In this document: piece by piece, positions 35,634 to 45,849 of the stretch
How the letters are laid out: each line of letters starts with the position of its first letter
Numbering within the stretch: the first letter of the stretch is position 1
Source of the DNA: an uncultured Flavobacteriaceae bacterium
GTDB lineage: Bacteria > Bacteroidota > Bacteroidia > Flavobacteriales > Flavobacteriaceae
DNA length: 64,000 nt
Reading direction: 5' to 3'
Assembly: GCA_963709775.1 (NCBI GenBank)
Contig: CAVPXS010000018.1
Span: 245,067-309,066 of the forward strand
Position numbers and translations under genes: made by a program
The notes under the pieces: generated by a model
What the model saw: only the letters and a program-made list of their open reading frames with translations
Database searches by the model: none
What the model was told of the DNA's origin: nothing

Positions 35634-37865
35634 TTAAATCGTGGCTTTTTCCTGACTTAAATATTTATTTATTTTTTGAAAGAATTCTTCCGTCTTATAT
35701 GGCTTAGGAATAATATCATTAAAACCATTGAGATAAAACTCATCCAGGCTCTCTTCCAGGGTTACGGCAGTAAGAGCGATTATTGGAATGGTCTCATTGA
35801 ATTTCCTGATCTCCCGTGTAGCCTCGATCCCGCTTATCCCGGGCATGTGGATATCCATTAAAATAAGGTCAAAATTCTCGTTTTCTGCTTTTGAAATTGC
35901 TACAGTTCCATTATCGGCCACATCGCAAATCACCTTATTTTTTTCCAGGATTTTGCGGGTGATCATTTGATTGATCTTATTGTCTTCGACAATAAGGATC
36001 TTCTTTTCATGCATGATGTCGTTTGACAACGGCTCCGGAATTTCATTGATCTTCTTATCCTGAGGATTTGCCGGTTCAAGAGCTTCAAAAGTCAATTCAA
36101 AATGGAATAAGGAGCCCTCTCCAAGTTCGCTCTCCAGGTGAATCTCGCTGTCCATTAAATTAAGCAGGTTTTTCACAATGGAAAGTCCCAGCCCGGTACC
36201 GCCAAATTTCCGGTTGATTTGAAGGGAACCCTGGGTAAAGTTCTCGAAAATCGCTTTTTGTTTTTCCTTACTTATCCCTTCCCCGGTATCCTGAACTTCA
36301 AATCTTAAAAGTACCCTGTTATCCTTCTGGCTAAGACGCTTTACACGTACCCAGATGTCTCCGTCTTCGGTGAATTTGATAGAATTACCTATAAGGTTGA
36401 TAAGGATCTGTGAGATCTTAAGTGGATCTCCTTTTAATTTTCTTGGAATATCCCTGTCGAATTCGAGGTGCAGTTTTGTCTTCTTGTCTTCAGCCGAGTT
36501 CTTTAATGCGATCAAGACATCTGTTATCCTCTTCTTTAAATTGAAGGAACTCTCCAGCATCTCCACTTTTTTAGCTTCGAGTTTGTTGAGGTCAAGAATA
36601 TTGTTGATCAGAGAAAGCAGGTATTCTCCCGAGAACTTGAGAGAATTGAGATGTTCCTTTTGATTTTCTGTTGGACTCTCTTCCAGAAGCAGGTGAGTTA
36701 AACCTGTTACTGCGTATAATGGGGTCCTAAGCTCGTGGGTAATGGTGGAAAGGAATTGCGCTTTAGCAAGAGAAGCTTTTTCGGCGTTTTCTTTGGCCGT
36801 AATTAATTCGGAATTCTTCTTTTGTAGCAGGTCATTCGCGCGGGCCCGGAGATTATTGTTTTTATAGAGGGAAAGGGTAAGAAGGGACAAAATGGTGATC
36901 AACGCCACACTAAGAATGGTAGTTAATTTGTTGACCTTTAAATTTCTCTCTTTCTCTTCATTTTTTCGGGTCAACTCGCTAACAGTGGTCTTGAGCGCAT
37001 CAACCCCGTAGCGGGCATTTGCATCCAGAGCAAGGGCCTCTCTGTTGAGCGCATCCAGGGAATCCTGAATTTTATTATTCTGTTTAAGAAGTTCCAGGGC
37101 CTCTGCAGGGTTTCCCATTTGCTCCTGAAGCTGACTTTGAACCAGCATGGTATGCTGTACCATCCCCGCGAAATTGTTACTGCGGGCATATGACATACTC
37201 TTTTCTGCCTCTGCCATAGCCTCTTCCCATTGATCTGAAGCCTGGTAAGCACGTGCTTTATAGAAGTGAACCCGGCCGTGCTCATATTCATTGTCGCTGC
37301 CGCTGGTCTTTAATTTCTCTTCTGCCGAATTAAGTAGTGTAAGGGCAGCATGAGGTCTGTTTGCTGTATTTAAATAAAGAATTCCGCGGTTGAGGTCCAC
37401 AATTCCAAGACCTTCAAGATCGTTCTGTTTTTTATAAAGACCTTCAGCAAGATCGAAATATTCGGTGGCCCGATCGAAGACGCCCTTGGCAGTAAAAATT
37501 TTTCCGAAGTTAAGATAACTATAGGCAAGACCTTCCTCGTCTTCTATTTCCCGCTGAATAGAGATTGCCCGTTGCAGCTCTGTGGCCGCTTTATCGTTTT
37601 CCTGGCGTACATAATGAAGTTGTGCCAAAATACTGCTGGAGAGGGCGATCAACCTTTGATGGTTGATAGATCTTGACAGTTCAAGAGCGGTATGCAACTC
37701 CCGCATTGCCTGATCAAAGTTTACACTGTTGATCGACTCTTCTGCGTCTTCCAATAATTGCTCAATAGTGACATTGATTTCATCTGCTTCCTGTAGGTTT
37801 TTTTCCTGAGGATAGGAAAAGGAATAGAAAAACAACGCCACCATCAAAAGAGTAAAGTTCTTCAT
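35634..37865 (-). CDS. Hybrid sensor kinase (TPR, TM, HisKA, HATPase, receiver)
   Basis: Signal peptide; THELRTPL, QILINLIGNSIKFT, DTGEG, GTGLGL; receiver IVEDN, DLILMDIHMP, IIPKP. Confidence 0.93.
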   Translation of the reverse strand: MKNFTLLMVALFFYSFSYPQEKNLQEADEINVTIEQLLEDAEESINSVNFDQAMRELHTALELSRSINHQRLIALSSSILAQLHYVRQENDKAATELQRAISIQREIEDEEGLAYSYLNFGKIFTAKGVFDRATEYFDLAEGLYKKQNDLEGLGIVDLNRGILYLNTANRPHAALTLLNSAEEKLKTSGSDNEYEHGRVHFYKARAYQASDQWEEAMAEAEKSMSYARSNNFAGMVQHTMLVQSQLQEQMGNPAEALELLKQNNKIQDSLDALNREALALDANARYGVDALKTTVSELTRKNEEKERNLKVNKLTTILSVALITILSLLTLSLYKNNNLRARANDLLQKKNSELITAKENAEKASLAKAQFLSTITHELRTPLYAVTGLTHLLLEESPTENQKEHLNSLKFSGEYLLSLINNILDLNKLEAKKVEMLESSFNLKKRITDVLIALKNSAEDKKTKLHLEFDRDIPRKLKGDPLKISQILINLIGNSIKFTEDGDIWVRVKRLSQKDNRVLLRFEVQDTGEGISKEKQKAIFENFTQGSLQINRKFGGTGLGLSIVKNLLNLMDSEIHLESELGEGSLFHFELTFEALEPANPQDKKINEIPEPLSNDIMHEKKILIVEDNKINQMITRKILEKNKVICDVADNGTVAISKAENENFDLILMDIHMPGISGIEATREIRKFNETIPIIALTAVTLEESLDEFYLNGFNDIIPKPYKTEEFFQKINKYLSQEKATI

Positions 37866-37893
37866 TGGGACCTTAATAACTGGTTAAATATAA

Positions 37894-38931
37894 CTATTTA
37901 ATTGATACATGGGAAATTAAATCAATGAGTCGGCTGGAATAACCAATCTCATTATCATACCATCCAATGATTTTCACAAAATTGCCTCCCACTACAGAGG
38001 TCATTTGCGCATCAAAAATACAGGAGTGGGTGTTTCCGTTAATATCAATTGAAACAATAGGATCTTCCGTATATTCCAAAATGTTTTTAAGAGGTCCTTC
38101 GGCAGCTGCTTTTTTAAAAGCGGTGTTTATTTCTTCAATGCTGGTTTCCCTTTCCACGTGGAGGGTCATATCTGTGAGGCTGCCATTTGCTACCGGCACC
38201 CTAATCCCACAGCCGCCAATAACTTCACTTAAATTAGGGAAAATCCTTGTGAGCGCCTTTGCTGCTCCGGTGGTGGTGGGAACTATTGATTGCCCTGCAG
38301 CCCTGGCCCGTCGTAGATCTTTGTGAGGCTGGTCGTGCAGGCTTTGATCTGTAGTGTAGGAATGGACAGTGGTAATATACGCTTGTTTTACTCCCGCCAG
38401 TTCATCTACGATCTTCAGCATGGGGGCAGCATTATTGGTAGTGCAGGAAGCGTTTGAAATAATATCTTCTGTCCCATCAAGGATGTTTTCGTTGACACCC
38501 AAAACTACCATTTTTATGGAATCATCCTGGGGAGGAACGCTCAAAATCACCTTTTTGACACCCTGTTGCAAATGAGGCTCCAGTTCTTTTCGTGTTTTGA
38601 ATTTACCTGTGCTCTCAACTACCACATCTACCTTATACTTACTCCAGTTAATCTCGTCCGGACTCCTGTGATTCACTACCGGTATTTCCTTACCGTCTAC
38701 CAGTATGGAATTAGCGGTTGAAGAAATCTCCCTTTTTAGGACGCCATGAATGCTGTCGTATTTAAGTAGGTGAGCGAGGGTGGGGGCAGTAGCAATATCA
38801 TTAAGAACTACCACTTCCAGGTCTTTATGATCGAGTAGTAACCGGAATAAATTTCGACCAATCCTACCAAATCCATTAATCCCAACCCGGATCTTTTTTT
38901 TTGTCGCTTCTGAAGGTTTTGTCTCCCCCAT
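37894..38931 (-). CDS. gap: Type I glyceraldehyde-3-phosphate dehydrogenase
   Basis: GINGFGRIG, ESTG, SNASCTTN, WYDNE motifs; TAATG coupling to lipA. Confidence 0.93.
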   Translation of the reverse strand: MGETKPSEATKKKIRVGINGFGRIGRNLFRLLLDHKDLEVVVLNDIATAPTLAHLLKYDSIHGVLKREISSTANSILVDGKEIPVVNHRSPDEINWSKYKVDVVVESTGKFKTRKELEPHLQQGVKKVILSVPPQDDSIKMVVLGVNENILDGTEDIISNASCTTNNAAPMLKIVDELAGVKQAYITTVHSYTTDQSLHDQPHKDLRRARAAGQSIVPTTTGAAKALTRIFPNLSEVIGGCGIRVPVANGSLTDMTLHVERETSIEEINTAFKKAAAEGPLKNILEYTEDPIVSIDINGNTHSCIFDAQMTSVVGGNFVKIIGWYDNEIGYSSRLIDLISHVSIK

Positions 38932-39800
38932 TAAGTGAGATGTTTTTGTGCTTTATAGGATGATCTTACCAGTGCACCACTTTCTACATGCCTGAAGCCC
39001 ATCTCGAGGCCTATGGTTTCGTATTTTTTAAACTGCTCCGGTGTAACAAATTCATGAACCGGAAGGTGTTGTTTTGTAGGTTGTAAATATTGGCCTATTG
39101 TCACAATGTCGAGATCAACTTCTCTCAAGTCTCTAAGAGTTTGGATCACTTCTTCTTCCTTTTCACCCAATCCAAGCATAATTCCCGACTTGGTTCTCTT
39201 TACCCCCTGCTGCTTCAGGTATTTTAGCACCTGTAGGCTGCGTTCATACTTTGCCTGGATTCGCACTTCGCGGGTTAATCTTTTCACCGTCTCCATGTTG
39301 TGGGAAACGATTTCGGGATTTACATCGATTATTCGGTCAATGTTTCTTTCCACTCCCTGAAAATCGGGTATAAGGGTTTCAAGAGTAGTATCAGGATTCA
39401 TACGTCGTATAGCGCTTACAGTCTCTGCCCACATGATAGAACCCATATCTTTAAGGTCATCACGATCTACACTGGTGATCACTGCATGCTTGATCTTCAT
39501 TAATTTTATGGAACGAGCGACTTTTTCCGGTTCATCCCAGTCCAGCGTTTCTGGTCTTCCGGTTTTTACACCACAAAAACCACAGGAACGGGTACAGATG
39601 TTTCCAAGGATCATGAAGGTTGCGGTTCCTTCTCCCCAACATTCGCCCATATTTGGACAACTTCCCGAGGTACAAATCGTGTGAAGGTTATATTTGTCCA
39701 CCACACTTCTCAGCTCGGTGTATTTTTTACCGGTAGGTAATTTTACCCTTAACCACTTGGGTTTTGGGGTTCTTTGAGTAGGGATTTGCTGTGTTTCCAT
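38931..39800 (-). CDS. lipA: Lipoyl synthase
   Basis: [30 protein letters not shown] motifs. Confidence 0.97.
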   Translation of the reverse strand: METQQIPTQRTPKPKWLRVKLPTGKKYTELRSVVDKYNLHTICTSGSCPNMGECWGEGTATFMILGNICTRSCGFCGVKTGRPETLDWDEPEKVARSIKLMKIKHAVITSVDRDDLKDMGSIMWAETVSAIRRMNPDTTLETLIPDFQGVERNIDRIIDVNPEIVSHNMETVKRLTREVRIQAKYERSLQVLKYLKQQGVKRTKSGIMLGLGEKEEEVIQTLRDLREVDLDIVTIGQYLQPTKQHLPVHEFVTPEQFKKYETIGLEMGFRHVESGALVRSSYKAQKHLT

Positions 39801-39807
39801 AAGTCAG

Positions 39808-39815
39808 CAAAGGTA
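39808..39815 (-). promoter_or_regulatory. -7 element (TACCTTTG) very close to the lipA start
   Basis: Exact TAnnTTTG ending 8 nt before the ATG at 39800. Confidence 0.6.
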
Positions 39816-40033
39816 CAATTAGAATGCCTAAAAACCAACGCTAATATAGAAGGCAAAAGTGGGTGCGTATGGTGAGCCGTCGGTGACTTTCAACTGGACT
39901 TTTTAAAGTGCGAATTCAGAAATAAAGAAGGAACCAAATCCTCTGAAGAGCTTTTGTGTGGTAAAGAGCCAGGAGTATTCCGTTTTTAAAAATAAGATTC
40001 CACGGTGTATAATTCCTGAGCCTGAATCCTTTT

Positions 40034-40603
40034 TCAGGAAGTTCTTTTTTCGATTACTTCCGACAGTAGTTTTTTTGCCCTCAGCAGTTTTACTTTCACA
40101 TTGTTCATGGGCTCCTGTAGATGAGCCGCAATCTCCTTATAGCTCATTTCCTGAAAATATCTCAGGTTAATTACCTCCTGGTAAGGTTTTTTGAGCTTTT
40201 TGATATCTCTAAGGAGTTGGGCCAGGTTTTGTTCGGTAATAAGGGTATCCTCGATGCTCGGCGTCTCATCGGCAATTCGGTGCACCCTGGCATCCTCTTC
40301 ATCGGTGGTGCGGGCCCTGATGGAGGCATTCTTTTTTCTTACCAGGTCCACATGAATGTTTTTTGAAATGGTAATAAGCCAGGTTTTGAAGGTATAGTTG
40401 GGATCAAAAGTATCGATCTTATCAAAAGCTCTTGAAAATGCCTGAATGGTTATGTCTTCGGCATCAGATTCGTTTTGGGTGCGCTTAAGCTGAAAACCGT
40501 AAACATCATTCCAAAACCTGTCCAACAGGTAGTTAAAAGCTGCCTGCTTCCCTTTTTTAGCCTTCTCAATTTGTTCCTGAAGTAGATCCGGCTCTATTTC
40601 CAA
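40034..40603 (-). CDS. ECF sigma-70 factor
   Basis: Region 2 (DAEDITIQAF, FKTWLITISKN) and region 4 (EMSYKEIA, VKVKLLRAKK); TTG start overlaps the GT2 stop. Confidence 0.92.
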   Translation of the reverse strand: MEIEPDLLQEQIEKAKKGKQAAFNYLLDRFWNDVYGFQLKRTQNESDAEDITIQAFSRAFDKIDTFDPNYTFKTWLITISKNIHVDLVRKKNASIRARTTDEEDARVHRIADETPSIEDTLITEQNLAQLLRDIKKLKKPYQEVINLRYFQEMSYKEIAAHLQEPMNNVKVKLLRAKKLLSEVIEKRTS

Positions 40604-41694
40604 TGAGTGGGTTTTGAAATAATATTAGCAATAAATATAATTAATTGAGCTGAAATGAGGAACAATTCCAGAAAAGGAAAAATCCAGAACAGGTCTGTCT
40701 CGCCAAACTTCTTTCCGGAATTGTAAAAGACCATGCCCTGTACAATCCACCTGAGGGCAAGAAGGCCAAGGGCAGCCTGCCAAAAAGGACCAAATAGCAG
40801 AATGAAAAATAATATCCAGAAAAGAAGCTGGGTGGTGTAAAACAGCCCCAGCATAAATCTGTGTTCTACTTTATAGTGGGAAGCAATGGAGACATGTCTT
40901 CTTTTTTGCGTGAACCATGATTTAAAATCAGATTTTGGTACACTGCGGGTGATCCCTAAAGGCGAAAAACACAAGGCGGTATTCATTTTATTGGCTGCCT
41001 GGTTTACAAAGAGATCATCATCTCCCGATTTTATGTGTAAATGAGTAGCAAAACCATTTTGAGCAAAGAATTCTTCCGAAGTATAGGCAAGATTACGCCC
41101 TACTCCCATATATGGTTTACCCCAGCCGGCATAGGAGAAATACTGGATGGCCGTAAAAAGTGTTTCAAACCGGATAATTTTATTCAGGAAGGAGCGGGTT
41201 TGTATAAAATATCCGCCGTAGCCAAGTACAATACTCTTTTTCTCCTCAAAATGGGCGCTCATCTCCTTTAGCCATTGGCTGGTTTCGGGTCTACAATCGG
41301 CATCGGTGAAAAGTAGGTAAGGTTTTTTGGCCTTTTTAATACCCAGGGTGATCGCATATTTTTTATTGGCCCAGAAGGCTTCATTATTTTGTACGTCAAC
41401 AATTTTTAACCTTGGATCGCGACTTTGAAAATCCTCAAGCACCTCAAGGGTTTCGTCTATTGACGCATCATTGATTACCACCACCTCAAAGTCGGGATGA
41501 TCCTGGGACAGGATCACAGGAAGAAAGTTTTTTAAATTTTCGGCTTCATTCTTTGCACAAATAATTATCGAAACCGGAAGATTCTTATATACGGGTGGAT
41601 TTTCATTCTTAGCAAAGGCAAACTTTAAAAAGCCCAGGTAATAGCACAGGTTGATTAGGCCAATGAGAACAAAGGCAATAAGGATGGTTAGCAT
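40594..41694 (-). CDS. Membrane GT2 glycosyltransferase (cellulose synthase/PgaC-like)
   Basis: IICAKNE, INDAS, FTDAD, SGDDD, QKRRH motifs; N- and C-terminal TM segments. Confidence 0.9.
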   Translation of the reverse strand: MLTILIAFVLIGLINLCYYLGFLKFAFAKNENPPVYKNLPVSIIICAKNEAENLKNFLPVILSQDHPDFEVVVINDASIDETLEVLEDFQSRDPRLKIVDVQNNEAFWANKKYAITLGIKKAKKPYLLFTDADCRPETSQWLKEMSAHFEEKKSIVLGYGGYFIQTRSFLNKIIRFETLFTAIQYFSYAGWGKPYMGVGRNLAYTSEEFFAQNGFATHLHIKSGDDDLFVNQAANKMNTALCFSPLGITRSVPKSDFKSWFTQKRRHVSIASHYKVEHRFMLGLFYTTQLLFWILFFILLFGPFWQAALGLLALRWIVQGMVFYNSGKKFGETDLFWIFPFLELFLISAQLIIFIANIISKPTHWK

Positions 41695-41708
41695 TTATGT
41701 GGCGGGAA

Positions 41709-41915
41709 TTATTTTACCGTTTGAGGTTGATCACAATCTTTGGCTTCATCGGGTAATTTTCCGCAGTAACTACAGGCTTCTCCTTCTTTATTTAGAAAAG
41801 GACTTTGGCTGGCACAGGTACCGGCAAACTTCCCGTCTTTCTTTCCCCAGATTTTGATGGCAATACCAGCAACTGCAAGAGCTAAAAGGGCTATAGTGAT
41901 TAATACAAGTTCCAT
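41709..41915 (-). CDS. Small membrane-anchored protein with four Cys
   Basis: ATG 41915 MELVLITIALLALAVAGIAIKIW (TM) then C-x13-CxxC-x9-C; TATTTTTG at 41931-41938. Confidence 0.75.
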   Translation of the reverse strand: MELVLITIALLALAVAGIAIKIWGKKDGKFAGTCASQSPFLNKEGEACSYCGKLPDEAKDCDQPQTVK

Positions 41916-42105
41916 ATTCAAAAGTTTTGGCAAAAATAAACAATAATGTACAGTATATAAAAGGTATGCAAAAATTTGTCCAGCCTTTATTTGGTTCGCT
42001 TTTTAAGGCTTAATTCAGGGAATTTTAACTTAAATTTATTTGCCTTAAATATGTTTTTGGTTTATATCACAATAAATTGCATATAATGCTTTAAAACCAA
42101 CAATT

Positions 42106-42738
42106 ATGAGTTACAAATTATTTAAAATTGTCATAGTCGGTCTTTTTATCGGTCTTTTCTCCTGCCAGGATAAAGAGAATCGTGGGGATTCTGATACAGA
42201 AATTTTTCCCGCAGAGGAGAAGAAGGATGAATTAAGAGAGGAGGACAGACCCATGCCTCGCAGTTACCTCCTGGCAAAAATGAGGGAGAATGATGAATTG
42301 AGCACTTTTACAGAAGAACTAAAAAGAACAGGTCTGGAAGAAGAATTCGAGGGTGATGAAGGAATCTATACCATTTTTGCGCCTTCAAACGCGGCTTATG
42401 ACAGGATCCCCGCCAAAGAGATGAAAGAAGGAGACACCCTGGAAGCAGGAGAGGGTCAAAAAGATCTTTTGCGCTATTACATGGTGGAAGGGGAATTGAC
42501 CTTAGGTGCTTTGCGCGAAGAAATAAGAACTTCGGAAGGTGGGAGATATGAATTCGAAACTGCGCTGGGCGAGAAGCTTTGGGCAGTTGAGGAAGGAGAC
42601 GATATCGTTCTTATCGATGTGTTAGGGAATAAAGCGAAAATTCTAACTTCCCAAATGGATGAATATTATGGCGCCTATCATATCATTGACAACGTATTGG
42701 TTCCCGGTGAAAATAATGAGGCCGAAGTACAGGAATAA
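42106..42738 (+). CDS. Fasciclin (FAS1) domain lipoprotein
   Basis: Lipobox LFSC; YTIFAPSNAAY (H1) and YHIIDNVLVP (H2) motifs. Confidence 0.88.
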   Translation: MSYKLFKIVIVGLFIGLFSCQDKENRGDSDTEIFPAEEKKDELREEDRPMPRSYLLAKMRENDELSTFTEELKRTGLEEEFEGDEGIYTIFAPSNAAYDRIPAKEMKEGDTLEAGEGQKDLLRYYMVEGELTLGALREEIRTSEGGRYEFETALGEKLWAVEEGDDIVLIDVLGNKAKILTSQMDEYYGAYHIIDNVLVPGENNEAEVQE

Positions 42739-42855
42739 TATTGAAATGGATTATTCGTAGACTTTTGTGAATAGGATTTTCCTTTTAACTAAGGATTATA
42801 ATTTCAAATTGGTTTAACTGGAAGCTTTTTAATAAATTCATAACCAAACAGTTAA

Positions 42856-43485
42856 ATGCAGGATATTATGAAGTTTAAGAATATAATTTTGTTTAGCGGA
42901 CTCTTATTGCTGGGTTTTAACTCATGTAAAGACAATGAAAGAGAGGTAGATACAGAGGCTGAAACCCTTGAAATGCAGGAAGAGAATTTTGAAGAAAATG
43001 TAGAAGAGCTGCGTCAAAGGAACGCGACTGTAGACGCCATTGAAGGAAACCCCGAATTAAGCACTTTTGCCACAGGACTTAATGTTTGGAACGTTGAGGA
43101 TACACTGGACCAGGTGACAGGGTCTTATATGGTCTTTGCGCCAAGTAATAGAGCTTATAGTAGAGTCTACAGGCAGCAGGGGTATGATATTTTGGCCACA
43201 ACTCCCGAGGCTGTTATTCCCTACCACATGGTAAAAGCAGACTATACCATGGATGAACTTAAAAAAGAAATCCGGAATGCCAATGGGTCTCTTGTACTTC
43301 CAACTTTTGAGGGGGAAAATATCACCTTTTCTATGGAAGGAGATAAAATTGTACTTACAGGTACAACCGGTTTAAAGGCCAATATCACCGAAAGTTTTGA
43401 GATAGAAAACGGTACTGCTTACATAATAGACAGTGTGCTGCTTCCGGAAGGAATTGCCACAGTTACTATTACCACGGAAGAGTAG
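42856..43485 (+). CDS. Fasciclin (FAS1) domain lipoprotein, second paralogue (start may be ATG 42868)
   Basis: Lipobox FNSC; YMVFAPSNRAY and AYIIDSVLLP motifs. Confidence 0.86.
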   Translation: MQDIMKFKNIILFSGLLLLGFNSCKDNEREVDTEAETLEMQEENFEENVEELRQRNATVDAIEGNPELSTFATGLNVWNVEDTLDQVTGSYMVFAPSNRAYSRVYRQQGYDILATTPEAVIPYHMVKADYTMDELKKEIRNANGSLVLPTFEGENITFSMEGDKIVLTGTTGLKANITESFEIENGTAYIIDSVLLPEGIATVTITTEE

Positions 43486-43498
43486 AACCGGTTTGATT

Positions 43499-43547
43499 AA
43501 AATAAATAAAGCCTCAAAAATGCCATTTTTGAGGCTTTATTTATTTT
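43499..43547. terminator. Bidirectional terminator with a 22-bp perfect inverted repeat
   Basis: AAAATAAATAAAGCCTCAAAAA-TGCCA-TTTTTGAGGCTTTATTTATTTT between convergent genes. Confidence 0.88.
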
Positions 43548-43555
43548 TACCCTGT

Positions 43556-44569
43556 TCAAAGAATATTGACCTCAGGATTGATTTCAATTCCAAACATCTC
43601 CCGAATCTTCTGCTGAACTTTTCTCGACAGTGCCAGTATTTCCTGTCCTGTTGCATTTCCATAGTTCACAAGCACCAGTGCCTGTTTCTTATGAACTCCG
43701 GCATCTCCTTCCCGGAAGCCTTTGAGCCCTGCGCGATCTATTAACCAGCCGGCAGGAACCTTCACATGGTCTTCATCGATCTCATAAAACGGAATTTCCG
43801 GAAATTGCTGCTGAAGTTCTTTCAGTGTTTCCTTTGAAACAACCGGATTTTTAAAGAAACTTCCGCTGTTACCCAACTCTTTGGGATCTGGTAACTTTGA
43901 TTGACGTATGCTTATCACGGCTTTGGAAACATCTCCAATTGTCGGGTTTTTGACACCCTGCTCTTCCAGATATTGATCTATGGAGCCATAGGAAGTGTTA
44001 AGCTTATGGTCTTTCTTGTAAAGCCTGAAGCTAACGCTTGTTATTATGTATTTGCCTTTTGCTTCGTTTTTAAAGATGGAATCTCTGTAGCCAAAGCGGC
44101 ATTCTTCCCGGCTAAAGGTCTTTAATTGCAGGGTTTGTAAGTCCAGTGCGGTACAGCTTACAAAGCTGTCCTTAAGTTCCACACCATAGGCGCCAATATT
44201 TTGAATTGGAGCTGTACCTACTTTCCCCGGGATCAATGAAAGATTTTCAAGACCACCAAAGCCTTTGTTTATGCAGAATAAGACAAATTCATGCCAGTTC
44301 TCACCGGCCATGGCCTGCACTACGACTTCATCTTCAGTTTCTTCGAGGATCTCACGGCCCTTCAGGTTTATGTAGACCACCGTTTGCTTCACATCTTTGG
44401 TGAGCAGCATATTACTTCCGCCGCCAAGGATTAAAAGCTCTGATGCATACATGTTCTTCAAAACTTCCCGAAGTTCTTCGACAGAAGTTACTTCCACTAA
44501 TTTGCGGGCGCTCACATCTATGCCGAAAGTGTTATATGGCTTAAGGGAAACGTTTGTAAGAACCTTCAT
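43556..44569 (-). CDS. murB: UDP-N-acetylmuramate dehydrogenase
   Basis: LGGGSN, GLENLSLIPG, QNIGAYG, GNSGSFFKNP, QALVLVN motifs. Confidence 0.96.
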   Translation of the reverse strand: MKVLTNVSLKPYNTFGIDVSARKLVEVTSVEELREVLKNMYASELLILGGGSNMLLTKDVKQTVVYINLKGREILEETEDEVVVQAMAGENWHEFVLFCINKGFGGLENLSLIPGKVGTAPIQNIGAYGVELKDSFVSCTALDLQTLQLKTFSREECRFGYRDSIFKNEAKGKYIITSVSFRLYKKDHKLNTSYGSIDQYLEEQGVKNPTIGDVSKAVISIRQSKLPDPKELGNSGSFFKNPVVSKETLKELQQQFPEIPFYEIDEDHVKVPAGWLIDRAGLKGFREGDAGVHKKQALVLVNYGNATGQEILALSRKVQQKIREMFGIEINPEVNIL

Positions 44570-44571
44570 AT

Positions 44572-45762
44572 TTATCCTTTGTACTGCTTTAATGCTTCCT
44601 TTAGGAGCTCTATAGCTCTCAACAGGTTTTCTTTCTTAAGTACATAAGCGATTCTCACCTGGTTCTTTCCTGTGTTTGGAGTAGAATAGAAGCCGGCGGC
44701 AGGAGCTACCATTATGGTTTCGTTGTCCATTTCAAAGCTTTCCAGGAGCCATTTAGCGAAGTCTTCGGCATCTGCAACAGGTAATTCTGCAATACAGTAG
44801 AAAGCGCCTTTAGGGTTCGCTACTCTTACTCCCTCGATCTGCTCAAGACCCTGGACGAGGGTGTTTCTTCGGGAAGTGTATTCTTCAATTACTTCATCAA
44901 AATATTCCTGCTCGGTATCGAGGGCAGCTTCACTTGCGATTTGGGCAAAGGTCGGCGGACTTAAACGTGCTTGTGCGAATTTCATCGCTGTAGCCATAAA
45001 GTCTGCATTTTTGGATACTACACATCCAATACGGGCGCCACACATGCTATAACGTTTGGAAACGGAATCAATCATAATGGCGTTCTGCTCCAACCCGGGA
45101 ACACTCATGATAGAGTGGTGTTGGGCCCCGTCATATGCAAATTCGCGGTAAACTTCATCGGCCACAATGAACAGATCGTGCTTTTTGACAACTTCGGCCA
45201 ATTGGTCGATCTCCTCTTTCGTGTATAGGTAACCTGTGGGATTCCCCGGGTTACAAATAAGAATGGCTTTTGTTTTAGGAGTTATGAGTTTCTCGAATTC
45301 AGAAATAGGAGGCAGGGCAAAGCCGTCCTCGAATTTAGATTTCACAGGTACTACTGTAACGCCAGATGCTGTTGCGAAACCATTGTAGTTTGCGTAAAAT
45401 GGCTCGGGAATGATCACTTCATCGCCTGCATCACAAATACTACCCATCGTAAACATCAATGCTTCAGACCCACCTGTGGTGATGATCAATTCATTGGCCG
45501 AAATATTGATGTCATGCTTCCTGTAGTAGGCGGCAAGTTTGGTGCGATAGCTTTCAAAACCTGCAGAGTGGCTGTAGGAAAGAACTTCGATGTCGTTGTT
45601 CTTAACTGCGGCAAGGGCTTTCGCCGGAGTTTTAATATCGGGCTGCCCAATGTTTAGCTGATAAATAGTGCGACCTTTTTTAATGGCAGCTTCAGCGTAG
45701 GGCACCAATTTTCTTATAGGAGATTCGGGCATTGACTGCCCCTTGTTTGAAATGCGTGGCAT
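44572..45762 (-). CDS. PLP-dependent aminotransferase, class I/II (aspartate aminotransferase-like)
   Basis: LNIGQPD, NPGNPTG, DEVY, SVSKRYSMCGARIG motifs. Confidence 0.92.
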   Translation of the reverse strand: MPRISNKGQSMPESPIRKLVPYAEAAIKKGRTIYQLNIGQPDIKTPAKALAAVKNNDIEVLSYSHSAGFESYRTKLAAYYRKHDINISANELIITTGGSEALMFTMGSICDAGDEVIIPEPFYANYNGFATASGVTVVPVKSKFEDGFALPPISEFEKLITPKTKAILICNPGNPTGYLYTKEEIDQLAEVVKKHDLFIVADEVYREFAYDGAQHHSIMSVPGLEQNAIMIDSVSKRYSMCGARIGCVVSKNADFMATAMKFAQARLSPPTFAQIASEAALDTEQEYFDEVIEEYTSRRNTLVQGLEQIEGVRVANPKGAFYCIAELPVADAEDFAKWLLESFEMDNETIMVAPAAGFYSTPNTGKNQVRIAYVLKKENLLRAIELLKEALKQYKG

Positions 45763-45849
45763 ACTTAAAATTTTGGCCTACAAAGTTGCAAAAATTAAAC
45801 TTGACAACGATATTTTTCGTAATTTTTATGACATCCTAATTCGGCCGTC

